A DNA stretch of 52,053 bases, taken from a virus (taxonomy: Duplodnaviria > Caudoviricetes). Both the position numbers and the translations under genes were made by a program. Below the pieces are notes generated by a model. The model was not told the DNA's origin and searched no databases. It worked only from the letters and a program-made list of their open reading frames with translations. The stretch covers positions 1 to 52,053 of IMG/VR virus record IMGVR_UViG_3300033552_000012, one strand, 5' to 3'. Each line of letters opens with the position of its first letter. Position 1 is the first letter of the stretch. Of the stretch, positions 25,122 to 34,180 are shown one piece after another.

Positions 25122-25730
25122 ATGCCAAAGTACCATTCGATACATAACATATCAGCCAAACTGTTTTTTGACATATTGGATAGCAAAGACTTTGAATTAT
25201 TGGAACGAAATACAGAATCCGAAGATTTAGAGCAGGTGTTTACGGCTATTTATGACGATTGGTTTGTGAAAAGCGAAAACGAGAAGTCAAAAGAATACCT
25301 TACGCTTCGAGAAAATATCGCTTTTATCACTTTTAAAATTGAAAGCGTGCGTCAGGTGATTGGATTTTTGTTTTTCAATAAAACCACAAAGGAAATGAGA
25401 ACAACGCTGTTAGAAGCTCTTATTTCTATTGGTATCAATATCAGTTTAGACAATGATTTTACCGAAGAAGTAACTAATATTTTACAGGTGGAGTTAGGCT
25501 GTATCGAAAACGACCTGAATATGATGAAGATGGAGGTGGAAACGATTCAGGATTCGCAAAATGACAGTGTGTTTAGTTTCTACGAGCATTTAATATCCTT
25601 GGAAAGCGCACACGAAAGAAGTTTGGATGACGCTATGGTTTTGGCTAAATTCATTGAATACGAAAAAATGGCTATAAAAAAAGCCAAAATTCAACAACAA
25701 AAGAACGCAAAATTTAATAACCAAAACTAA
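25122..25730 (+). CDS. Hypothetical protein, possible tail assembly chaperone
   Basis: Immediately upstream of, and TAATG-coupled to, the tape measure gene. Confidence 0.55.
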   Translation: MPKYHSIHNISAKLFFDILDSKDFELLERNTESEDLEQVFTAIYDDWFVKSENEKSKEYLTLRENIAFITFKIESVRQVIGFLFFNKTTKEMRTTLLEALISIGINISLDNDFTEEVTNILQVELGCIENDLNMMKMEVETIQDSQNDSVFSFYEHLISLESAHERSLDDAMVLAKFIEYEKMAIKKAKIQQQKNAKFNNQN

Positions 25731-28700
25731 TGAGCGAATTTATAGAATTTATATCCCCCGAAGGCTTTGATAAACTATCGAAAGCAAAAGGGATGGTGGA
25801 TGAAATCGCTGCTTCGATAAAAAGCATAAATGATTTCAAAACATCAACCACTCCTAGCGGAGCTGACAAAACGATAAAAGAAATAAACTTAGCGTATAAA
25901 GAACGTGCTAACGCCTTAAAACTTGTTAAACAGGAGTTAGATAACGTTAATAATGCCGAGAAAAAAGCGGAACAGTTAAAGCAACAGCAACTCGCAACAA
26001 ATATAAAAATAGCCAGCGCAAAAAAAGCAGATATTGCCTTATCAGAGGCACAGAGAAAAGCGATGGAGGCCAGTTTAAATGCGGAGAAAAAAGCTTCGCA
26101 AAACGCTATAAGCGAGATAAAAAAACGATTATCCACTATATCTTCTTTAAATAAGCAACGTTTTACAGAAGAAGAAAAATTACGTAACGATGCGGACAAG
26201 GCTGCTTTATACAAGCACGAACAAGAATTAAAAAGGGTACGTGAAGTAATAGCAATGCGGGCATCTCTTAATGCGCAACAGCAGAAAGAGGCAAAGCAAA
26301 GTTTTAACAACTCCCAGTACGGAGCTTCATCGGTAATTCCTGGAATGTCAGGAAAAATAGCCAACGAAAAAGAAGCACAAAGAGCGACATTAGCGAACGA
26401 AAAGCTATCACGAGCCTACAATATATTAGCAGCACAACATACTAAAGCCAAGCAGACCTTACAGGATTTAGTAGCTGAGGGACGCAAAGCAGATCAAAGC
26501 CAATCGCAGTATAACGCCACGTTGAGAACTGCCCAAAAGGAATTTACCGTATTGGACGCACGTATTAAAAAAGCGGATGTGGCGGTAGGTAATTTCTCCC
26601 GTAACGTAGGGAATTACAAGAGTGCCTTATCCGGTGCTACGCAATTAATGGGAGCGTTTGGCATCGCAACCGGATTGTATTTAGCAGTAGATATTGTCAA
26701 GAACATTTACGAGACAACTAAGCAACTCCAATCGATGGATTTGGCATTGAAAATGGTTTCGGGTACACAAGCTGAATTTGCCGTTAATCAAGCGTTCGTA
26801 AAGAATTTAGCGGAGCAGTATGGTATTGAAATCAAAGGACTTACTAAGAATTTCACCGAGTTTTGGGTAGCTTCCAAAGGAAAGTTAGAAGCCGAACAGA
26901 TAAAAGGAATATTCACCAGCATATCTAAATCAGTTGCGGTAATGGGATTGTCCATCGAGCAACAAGATAGTGCGTTCCTTGCCTTGCAACAAATGATGTC
27001 TAAAGGAACCGTGCAAGCAGAGGAATTGAAAAAACAATTGGGTAATGCACTTCCTGGAGCTATGAAAGCCGCTACCATGGCATATCAAGCCTTGCATCCG
27101 GAGATGAAAGTTACCGAGGCGTTATTTATGGCTCAAATGAAAGCAGGAAAAATACTTTCCTCTGAGTTACTACCGGAATTGGCAAAACAATTTGAGAAGT
27201 TATACGGTATTGAAAACGTAAAACGTGCGGAGACCTTACAAGCAGCACAAGAGCGTTTGTCCAATACTTGGGTAGAGATGGTTCGTTCAATGAACTCTAG
27301 TGAGACAGGAGGAATAAGTGCGTTTTTTAGCCTTATAGTGAGTGGAGCTACCGAGGCAATGAAATTTTTAGTTAGATTAAACTCTACTAAAGAAGATTTA
27401 ACAAAATCAGCAAGAGATAAAGGGAATTCAAGAGGTGCTGAATCGTATAAAAAACAATTGGACGAATTAGTTGGCGATAAGCTATCGGATAAACAAAGAA
27501 TAGAAATTAGAAAGCAAATAAAAAATGTTGAAGAACAAATTAAATTAGGATACGATTTAGATGAAGCAGGAGAGAAAAACCAAGAAAAATTAAGAAGGTT
27601 AAATCAAGCAATGGGTACAGGAAGTGCAGAAGACGCTAACCTAACACTACGAACAAATGCCTACCGAAACATAGTTATACAGCAGAAAAAACTAAATGAA
27701 TTAAAAGCAGAAACAGATAATTATTCTTTATTGACTGGAGGTAAAGGTGGTAGAGGAATGACTGCTATAGATAAGGATAGGGAAAAAGCCAATGAGTTAC
27801 TAGGTTATTACGAAGCAATTACTAGGTCTGCTATTAATTATAAAGAAGAGGTAAGAAAAACACCTCCACCAGTAGGTGAAACAGAAACAGAACGCAGGAA
27901 AAGAGAAGCTGCTGAAAAGAAAGAAGCTAAAGATATGGAGCAAATCCGTAAAGAAGCGTTTGAAGCAGAATTGTCCAATTTTAATAAAAGGAAGGAATTA
28001 TTATCCGACCATTTAAGCAACGCTCAAAACTTCAATTCAGAAGAATTATCTGACTTTAAATTAGGGGTGGATAAAAAAATACGCTACGCCAATCAACTTG
28101 CCATTGCTGAGATTGCGATTGCGGAATTAGTACACAAGGAAAAAACGAGAATTGCAAATAAAGATATCAAAGACCGTGGTTTAAACCAAGAGCAAGGGCG
28201 AAACTTACTAATACCTATTGACAACGAACTTCAAAGAACAAAAGGAGATGTAGAACAAGCAAGGCTAAAACAAGCCTCAGGAGCTTTTAAAGATTATTTC
28301 AATGCTATTGAAAATGCCATCCCTAAAGATTGGGAATCAAGAACTCCAGCGATGTGGACAAAGGAGCAGATGAAACAAGCGGAGGAGGATTTAGAAAAAG
28401 CAGAGAAATTACGCCAAAAAGCAATTGAAGATGTTAAAAACTACATTAGCTCTTTTCAAATAGAATTAGGACATAATTTAGGATTTGATGAGACTGCTGA
28501 TTTCTTTCTTAAAATGGATGAGGACGGTAAGACGATGTTTGATAAACTAGATGCTATGGCTGATGGTTCCAAAGAGAAGCAGATAGCTACTTTTCAAGCC
28601 ATAGCGGAAAGCGCACAAGAAATGTTTAATTTTATAGCCAATGCCTCACAAGCCAATTTCCAAGGGGAGTATGAACGATTAGAGAAACAGAAAAACATTG

Positions 28701-29374
28701 CCATCGGATTTGCCGGTGATAGTGACGCTGCCAAAAAGAAAATTGAGGAGGACTACGAGAAAAGAAGAAAAGAAATAGCGGTACGAGAATTTAAGGCAAA
28801 ACAAAAGATTGCTATGGTGAATATTGCCATTGATACGGCACAGGCTATAGCAGCAACGATAGGAAAAACAGGTTTTGCAGGAATACCATTAGCGGTAATT
28901 GTAGGGGCTTTAGGGGCAGTTCAATTAGCTATTGTAGCCTCGCAGAAAGTACCGCAATACTGGACAGGAACCGATAATGCAGAGGCGGGAGCCGCATGGA
29001 CGCAAGAGCGTGGTAGAGAGATTATCACCGACAACAAAGGAAACATCAAGGATTTCGGTTCTAATAAAGGGGCAAGGTTGACGATGATGGAGAAAGGAGA
29101 TAAGGTATTTAATGCCGAAGATACCCGCAGGATGATGTTTGACAGTGATTTGAACGGATTGATGATGGATAACGGGATTGCAAGTCCAAAAGTAATTGTT
29201 AATGCTGGGGTTACTCCGGCTCAGATGCGAGAAATAATGCAGGACACTTTGGGAGGGCAAACTAAACAGAACATTAGTTTTGATAAAAATGGATTTGGAA
29301 CTTATGTTTCCAAAAATGGAAACATTACCAGAAGAAGCGAAGATCGTGGAAATGGAATTGGATTAACACTGTAA
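25730..29374 (+). CDS. Tail tape measure protein
   Basis: 1214 aa helical; LQQMMSKGTVQAEELKKQLGNALPGA tape-measure domain. Confidence 0.92.
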   Translation: MSEFIEFISPEGFDKLSKAKGMVDEIAASIKSINDFKTSTTPSGADKTIKEINLAYKERANALKLVKQELDNVNNAEKKAEQLKQQQLATNIKIASAKKADIALSEAQRKAMEASLNAEKKASQNAISEIKKRLSTISSLNKQRFTEEEKLRNDADKAALYKHEQELKRVREVIAMRASLNAQQQKEAKQSFNNSQYGASSVIPGMSGKIANEKEAQRATLANEKLSRAYNILAAQHTKAKQTLQDLVAEGRKADQSQSQYNATLRTAQKEFTVLDARIKKADVAVGNFSRNVGNYKSALSGATQLMGAFGIATGLYLAVDIVKNIYETTKQLQSMDLALKMVSGTQAEFAVNQAFVKNLAEQYGIEIKGLTKNFTEFWVASKGKLEAEQIKGIFTSISKSVAVMGLSIEQQDSAFLALQQMMSKGTVQAEELKKQLGNALPGAMKAATMAYQALHPEMKVTEALFMAQMKAGKILSSELLPELAKQFEKLYGIENVKRAETLQAAQERLSNTWVEMVRSMNSSETGGISAFFSLIVSGATEAMKFLVRLNSTKEDLTKSARDKGNSRGAESYKKQLDELVGDKLSDKQRIEIRKQIKNVEEQIKLGYDLDEAGEKNQEKLRRLNQAMGTGSAEDANLTLRTNAYRNIVIQQKKLNELKAETDNYSLLTGGKGGRGMTAIDKDREKANELLGYYEAITRSAINYKEEVRKTPPPVGETETERRKREAAEKKEAKDMEQIRKEAFEAELSNFNKRKELLSDHLSNAQNFNSEELSDFKLGVDKKIRYANQLAIAEIAIAELVHKEKTRIANKDIKDRGLNQEQGRNLLIPIDNELQRTKGDVEQARLKQASGAFKDYFNAIENAIPKDWESRTPAMWTKEQMKQAEEDLEKAEKLRQKAIEDVKNYISSFQIELGHNLGFDETADFFLKMDEDGKTMFDKLDAMADGSKEKQIATFQAIAESAQEMFNFIANASQANFQGEYERLEKQKNIAIGFAGDSDAAKKKIEEDYEKRRKEIAVREFKAKQKIAMVNIAIDTAQAIAATIGKTGFAGIPLAVIVGALGAVQLAIVASQKVPQYWTGTDNAEAGAAWTQERGREIITDNKGNIKDFGSNKGARLTMMEKGDKVFNAEDTRRMMFDSDLNGLMMDNGIASPKVIVNAGVTPAQMREIMQDTLGGQTKQNISFDKNGFGTYVSKNGNITRRSEDRGNGIGLTL

Positions 29375-29377
29375 TCA

Positions 29378-31978
29378 ATGGCTAACGAAAAGTTTTATTT
29401 AGATTTTATTTCTGACGGATTCGGAAAAGTATATATAGACGAACCATTCGGTTTTAATTCTGTTTCTTTTGACCTAAACCAAAAAGAAAAAGGAATGAGT
29501 CGTGATGTGCAGTTCAACGGTGGTGAATCTCAGTTTGAGTTTACCCATATGCGTAATCACTACTTAGATAAAATATTGTATTACCATCAAAAATACGGGT
29601 TTGAGTCCAAAGTAATTCTCGGTATTGAAATTAAGGGTTTTCCTACTATATTAGGCGACTTGGATTTTGCTAAATGTATCACTGATGGAATAGAATATTT
29701 CAAGTGTAAAGTGATACAACAAAGTGATTTACAAATAATCAAGCGCAGAAAATCGGTTAAAGTTGACGTTTTCTCTGATAAGGATTTGGATGGTAATCCG
29801 ATTACCCCTCTTGTAACGGAGAATATGTTATTTAAGGCAAAGCCTGTTTTTCAAACCAGTAAATGGGAACAGTCAGGTGATTTTAATGAACGATTAGTGA
29901 GTTTTGGTATTGATTATTATTATTTTAACCCCGCCATTAACCAAACGCAATCAGAGATAGAAGACACGTTGGGTTTCTTTGAAGTTTTGGTTAAAAACAA
30001 CACTGCCGATACTTTTTCTGTTTTGAAAGCAAAAAATCCGCTTAAAAAAATACAAATAGACATCAGCGATGTTTTGATTCATTTTGATACCGATGTAGCG
30101 AATGGAGGAAACGGATATGCTGAACTTAGCCTTGTGATTAAAAAAGGAAAAGAATTTGCTACAGCAGAAAAAACAACTTTATTTTCAGCTATTAGATATG
30201 AAAACGAAAGCTATGATTTTAGCGGTGGATTCCTACAGACCATAGAAAGCGTAGACAGAGGCGAGAGCGTGTGGGTATATTTTGAATTAAAAGTTCGGGA
30301 AAGCACTACATTAGGAACTGGTTTTGAACGTTTTGAGTGCCGTATTTCATTGGCTAATATCAAGATGAAGATCACAGCAGAAAGCACCGCCTACAATTCG
30401 ATTGTTCCTTCTTTTCGATTAGTAGATGTGATGCGACAAGTAATCAAATCCATATCCGGTAACGCTATTTCCGCACCCCGTTTCGATGTTGCAGGGCAGT
30501 TTTATGACAACCGTTTATTTAACGGTAATTTCCTCCGAAATGTACTCACGGTTAATGACAACGGAGTGACTAAGACCAAACCATTCCTTATTTCGTTAGA
30601 GGACATCGAGCAATCTATGGTAGAGATGAAAGGGGATTATGAGGTAAATGACCCTGTATTTTTCGGAATCGAGAAAGACTACTATACCAATATCGAAAGC
30701 GGTTTTTTTGACGATACGCAGTTTAGTAAAATGAACAAGGTTTTCAATGATGAGTACTGTGTTATTTCGATGAAATACGGCTATAAGAATTACCAGGCAT
30801 TAAAAGAGATTTCAGAACCCAACTCGGCTGATGTAGTGCATGGCATGGCAGATATGCTCTTGGCGAACAAAATGGTGGAGAACAAAAAAGAGGTTGTAGT
30901 GGAATGGAATCGAGATTCGTTCTTAGGCGAATCGAGCCGTAGAAAAGGTTTTGAGATTGCGTCGAACACTTCAGCTCAGGAAGATGACAGTTTGTTTTGT
31001 TGGGATACCGTAAAGACCGTTGGTGACCAATCTTTTGAGGAAGTATCGGAGTTTAAGCACGAATATAATGCAGCCACTAGTAAATTATCACTCAGGATAT
31101 TAGATGTTAACCTTATTATTTTAGGGATAGAAGTGGGTACTCCTTTGGTGATATATAATGATTTGAACCAAGGCAGCTATATCGTATTTAGTATTACGCC
31201 AAATGAATTGATGCTGACGAAAACAACCGGTACAATCAGTGCGTCAAATGACGGGGTGCGGGTGACAAAATACGCCTACACTTTATTAGAGTCTAAAATA
31301 CCATTTACGAATTACACGAACCAGGGATTCACCGAGATATCGAACTTGAATGGGAAAGACAGTTATAGTAACTTACGGTATTCGGTAAAAAGAAACGTCG
31401 AAAATTACTACAACAGTTATTTAGCTACTTGTAACCTTTACCATAAAGAAAAAGCAATTACCGTTACCGATTACAAAAACAATGGGCTGTGTTCTACTAC
31501 TTATTTAGGAAAAAAAATCGTGGAGAACGCTCCGTTTGTACCTAGCAACCCAATACTTAGCCCGATGCTGTTTAATGATGTGGTATTTGCCAATGTGGAA
31601 TTTGCGGATTTCATTGCCTTACAGAATAATATCCGAAGCCAAAGAGGGTATATCCGAAGCATCGACAATACTGGAAACGTGATAAAATTGTACCCAAAGA
31701 AAATGAGTTATGAGAATCTAAGCAAGGAACTGACTATTGTGGGTGAAGAAAAATTTGAACCTATCGGAATCACTATCGTTAAAAAAGACGGACTTATCGA
31801 AATTAATTCAGAGACAATTCTTACAAAATTAATTTACAAAATAACAGGAGAAATGCTGTATTTATACGACCTCAACAACTACCGATTGTACAATTCAGTC
31901 TATATAAACAAAGTAAGTATCAATGGGTCACTGTATGAGACCGAAAAACAATTGGACGATTCGTTAAAATTATTATAA
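29378..31978 (+). CDS. Tail tip/hub structural protein
   Basis: 866 aa directly after the tape measure. Confidence 0.65.
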   Translation: MANEKFYLDFISDGFGKVYIDEPFGFNSVSFDLNQKEKGMSRDVQFNGGESQFEFTHMRNHYLDKILYYHQKYGFESKVILGIEIKGFPTILGDLDFAKCITDGIEYFKCKVIQQSDLQIIKRRKSVKVDVFSDKDLDGNPITPLVTENMLFKAKPVFQTSKWEQSGDFNERLVSFGIDYYYFNPAINQTQSEIEDTLGFFEVLVKNNTADTFSVLKAKNPLKKIQIDISDVLIHFDTDVANGGNGYAELSLVIKKGKEFATAEKTTLFSAIRYENESYDFSGGFLQTIESVDRGESVWVYFELKVRESTTLGTGFERFECRISLANIKMKITAESTAYNSIVPSFRLVDVMRQVIKSISGNAISAPRFDVAGQFYDNRLFNGNFLRNVLTVNDNGVTKTKPFLISLEDIEQSMVEMKGDYEVNDPVFFGIEKDYYTNIESGFFDDTQFSKMNKVFNDEYCVISMKYGYKNYQALKEISEPNSADVVHGMADMLLANKMVENKKEVVVEWNRDSFLGESSRRKGFEIASNTSAQEDDSLFCWDTVKTVGDQSFEEVSEFKHEYNAATSKLSLRILDVNLIILGIEVGTPLVIYNDLNQGSYIVFSITPNELMLTKTTGTISASNDGVRVTKYAYTLLESKIPFTNYTNQGFTEISNLNGKDSYSNLRYSVKRNVENYYNSYLATCNLYHKEKAITVTDYKNNGLCSTTYLGKKIVENAPFVPSNPILSPMLFNDVVFANVEFADFIALQNNIRSQRGYIRSIDNTGNVIKLYPKKMSYENLSKELTIVGEEKFEPIGITIVKKDGLIEINSETILTKLIYKITGEMLYLYDLNNYRLYNSVYINKVSINGSLYETEKQLDDSLKLL

Positions 31979-32027
31979 ATAAGTAGTACTTTTACGACTG
32001 TTATTGTTGTGAAACAAAAATATAAAA

Positions 32028-32936
32028 ATGACGAAACCAGTAATAAACATCTTCCGCACGCTGCCCGAAGCCCTTTCTGTTAAAAACAGTCAGGTAAATC
32101 GGTTTTACAAAAACTTTGGCGTTCAGTTGCTTCCCAATAATCCTTACCCTTACATTCAGGTTACAGACACCCCTTTAGGACTACACTTAGAAGATTGGAC
32201 GGTTATGGCTGTGTCTTTATGCAAGGGTACTCAGATAAACCTTACCAGTTACTTTATGGTGGAAAGTCGCACAAATTCAGACAACGGCAACCCACAAATC
32301 ATATGGAGTTTGACTAACGTACCCATTGATTTAGGTATTAATCCTATCTATCTAAAAATCACTCAGGCAGTAGGAGAGACGTTTTACACCCAACCTTTTT
32401 TACTTACGGCTTATGCAAAGGAAAAAACTACGCAATATCATTATAAGGCTAAAAGAGACGATGCTTATCAGTCTATTGGTTTTAAAAGTTGGTTTCGCCA
32501 GGATGATGAGAAAATAGAACTGACTACCTATTATGAGACTTCTACACAAAAAACAGTGACTCAGGCAGTGAAAGTGAACGAATTGGAATTGCACCGTACC
32601 GAACCAATGAGTATAAATAACCTGAAACATCTTACGAAAGTATTGAGAAGTCCGTACTTATATGCGGATTTAATCCGATGCAGTTTGTTTGATGCCACAG
32701 AAATTCCAAAAATGACCGCAGAGGAAAATTTTGGTAAAATGGATTTTAGTTTATCATTTAAGGAAGACGTTATCTATCCAAAATTAGAAGTGGTTTCTAC
32801 ACAGGGCGATTTTCTTTCTACGGACTTTTTAGCTACCGATTTTAAAATATATACACAACAAATTGTTGTAAATACAACGCCACAAGTGCCTATCGGCAAA
32901 AAACACAGTAGTAAATTTAACTTGAAATTCAACTAA
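32028..32936 (+). CDS. Tail structural protein
   Basis: 302 aa in the tail module. Confidence 0.6.
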   Translation: MTKPVINIFRTLPEALSVKNSQVNRFYKNFGVQLLPNNPYPYIQVTDTPLGLHLEDWTVMAVSLCKGTQINLTSYFMVESRTNSDNGNPQIIWSLTNVPIDLGINPIYLKITQAVGETFYTQPFLLTAYAKEKTTQYHYKAKRDDAYQSIGFKSWFRQDDEKIELTTYYETSTQKTVTQAVKVNELELHRTEPMSINNLKHLTKVLRSPYLYADLIRCSLFDATEIPKMTAEENFGKMDFSLSFKEDVIYPKLEVVSTQGDFLSTDFLATDFKIYTQQIVVNTTPQVPIGKKHSSKFNLKFN

Positions 32937-32937
32937 A

Positions 32938-33654
32938 ATGACACGACCAGAATTAAATACTTCTATCGATACTGTTTTCAGTGATTCTATCGCTGATGCG
33001 AGTTTGACCCCCTCAATGGAAGGAATACAATTAAAAAAAGTAGCTGATTATACTGACCAAGAAGTAGCGGTTATAAGTAGTTCTTTGGGAAATAAAGTAG
33101 ACAAGGTAACAGGCAAGAGTCTTATCCTAGATACAGAGATAACAAGACTATCTACTGTTACTACGGTTGATGTTTCAGGTAAAGAAAATACCTCAAACAA
33201 GTCTATTAATATAACTACTGATGCAACAAGTGATGTAAAGTACCCCAGTGTTAAAGCAGTAAAGACCTATGTAGATGCACATCCTACACCTTTATATTAC
33301 AATTCAAGATATGCCCAATCAGGTACAAATGCTCCTTCGGCACAAGTGACTTATTCTAATACCCTGTTGGTTGGTAACTACACAATGGGAGACAACTACA
33401 GAGATATAAAAATATCAAGAATAGATGTAGGAACTTATTATTTTGATATCGTCTATAAATCAATAGCTACTAATCCGCAAAAAGCAATGTTAATGTGTGG
33501 TTCTGGTCAATGCCAAGTTTCAGGAACTCTAACAGGAATAGTAAGTGGGGAGAGCTATATTAGATGGGTAGTTGAAACAAGAAACTCTACAGGAACGTTG
33601 GCAGATGGACAGATGAATGGAAATATACCTATAACAATAACATTATACCCTTAA
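32938..33654 (+). CDS. Tail fibre-like protein
   Basis: KVDKVTGK and KENTSNKS...KYPSVKAVKTYVD fibre repeats. Confidence 0.65.
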   Translation: MTRPELNTSIDTVFSDSIADASLTPSMEGIQLKKVADYTDQEVAVISSSLGNKVDKVTGKSLILDTEITRLSTVTTVDVSGKENTSNKSINITTDATSDVKYPSVKAVKTYVDAHPTPLYYNSRYAQSGTNAPSAQVTYSNTLLVGNYTMGDNYRDIKISRIDVGTYYFDIVYKSIATNPQKAMLMCGSGQCQVSGTLTGIVSGESYIRWVVETRNSTGTLADGQMNGNIPITITLYP

Positions 33655-33660
33655 AAAATA

Positions 33661-34176
33661 ATGGCAACAAGAGCAGAGAAAATAGCAATGATTGCAGCAA
33701 TAGGAACAGGAGAGCCGAATACCGCCTTAGAGTTTAGAAACTTACTCACTGCCTTATTAGACCCAAATGCAGGAACTATTATAACCAAAGATGTTTCCAA
33801 TGCGTACATCACGGCTAATTTTGATGGTACAGGATTGGGTATTAATGAGGAATTAGGGTATGCGATATGCAACGGGGCAAACGGGACAAGAGAACATAAT
33901 GGTAAAGTTATGGTGGCTTACGGGACTTTATTTCCTGTTATGGGAGCTAGTGGTGGTTCGCCACACACAGTTGTAGTAGCACATACTCATACCACTAGAA
34001 TATCAAACGTTACAGGAACAAACAACAATACTATGACTGCTGTAAATGGAGGAAGCGGTGGTGGAACAAGTGCTAATAACGGTAGCGGTATTGTAAACGT
34101 ATCGGAAACCGGAGAATTGGGAACGAACAAAAATATGCAACCTTACACGGTTGTATTAGTAACGATGAAACTTTAA
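33661..34176 (+). CDS. Tail collar/short-fibre-like protein
   Basis: GYAICNGANGT...HTHT...NMQPYTV. Confidence 0.7.
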   Translation: MATRAEKIAMIAAIGTGEPNTALEFRNLLTALLDPNAGTIITKDVSNAYITANFDGTGLGINEELGYAICNGANGTREHNGKVMVAYGTLFPVMGASGGSPHTVVVAHTHTTRISNVTGTNNNTMTAVNGGSGGGTSANNGSGIVNVSETGELGTNKNMQPYTVVLVTMKL

Positions 34177-34180
34177 ATAC

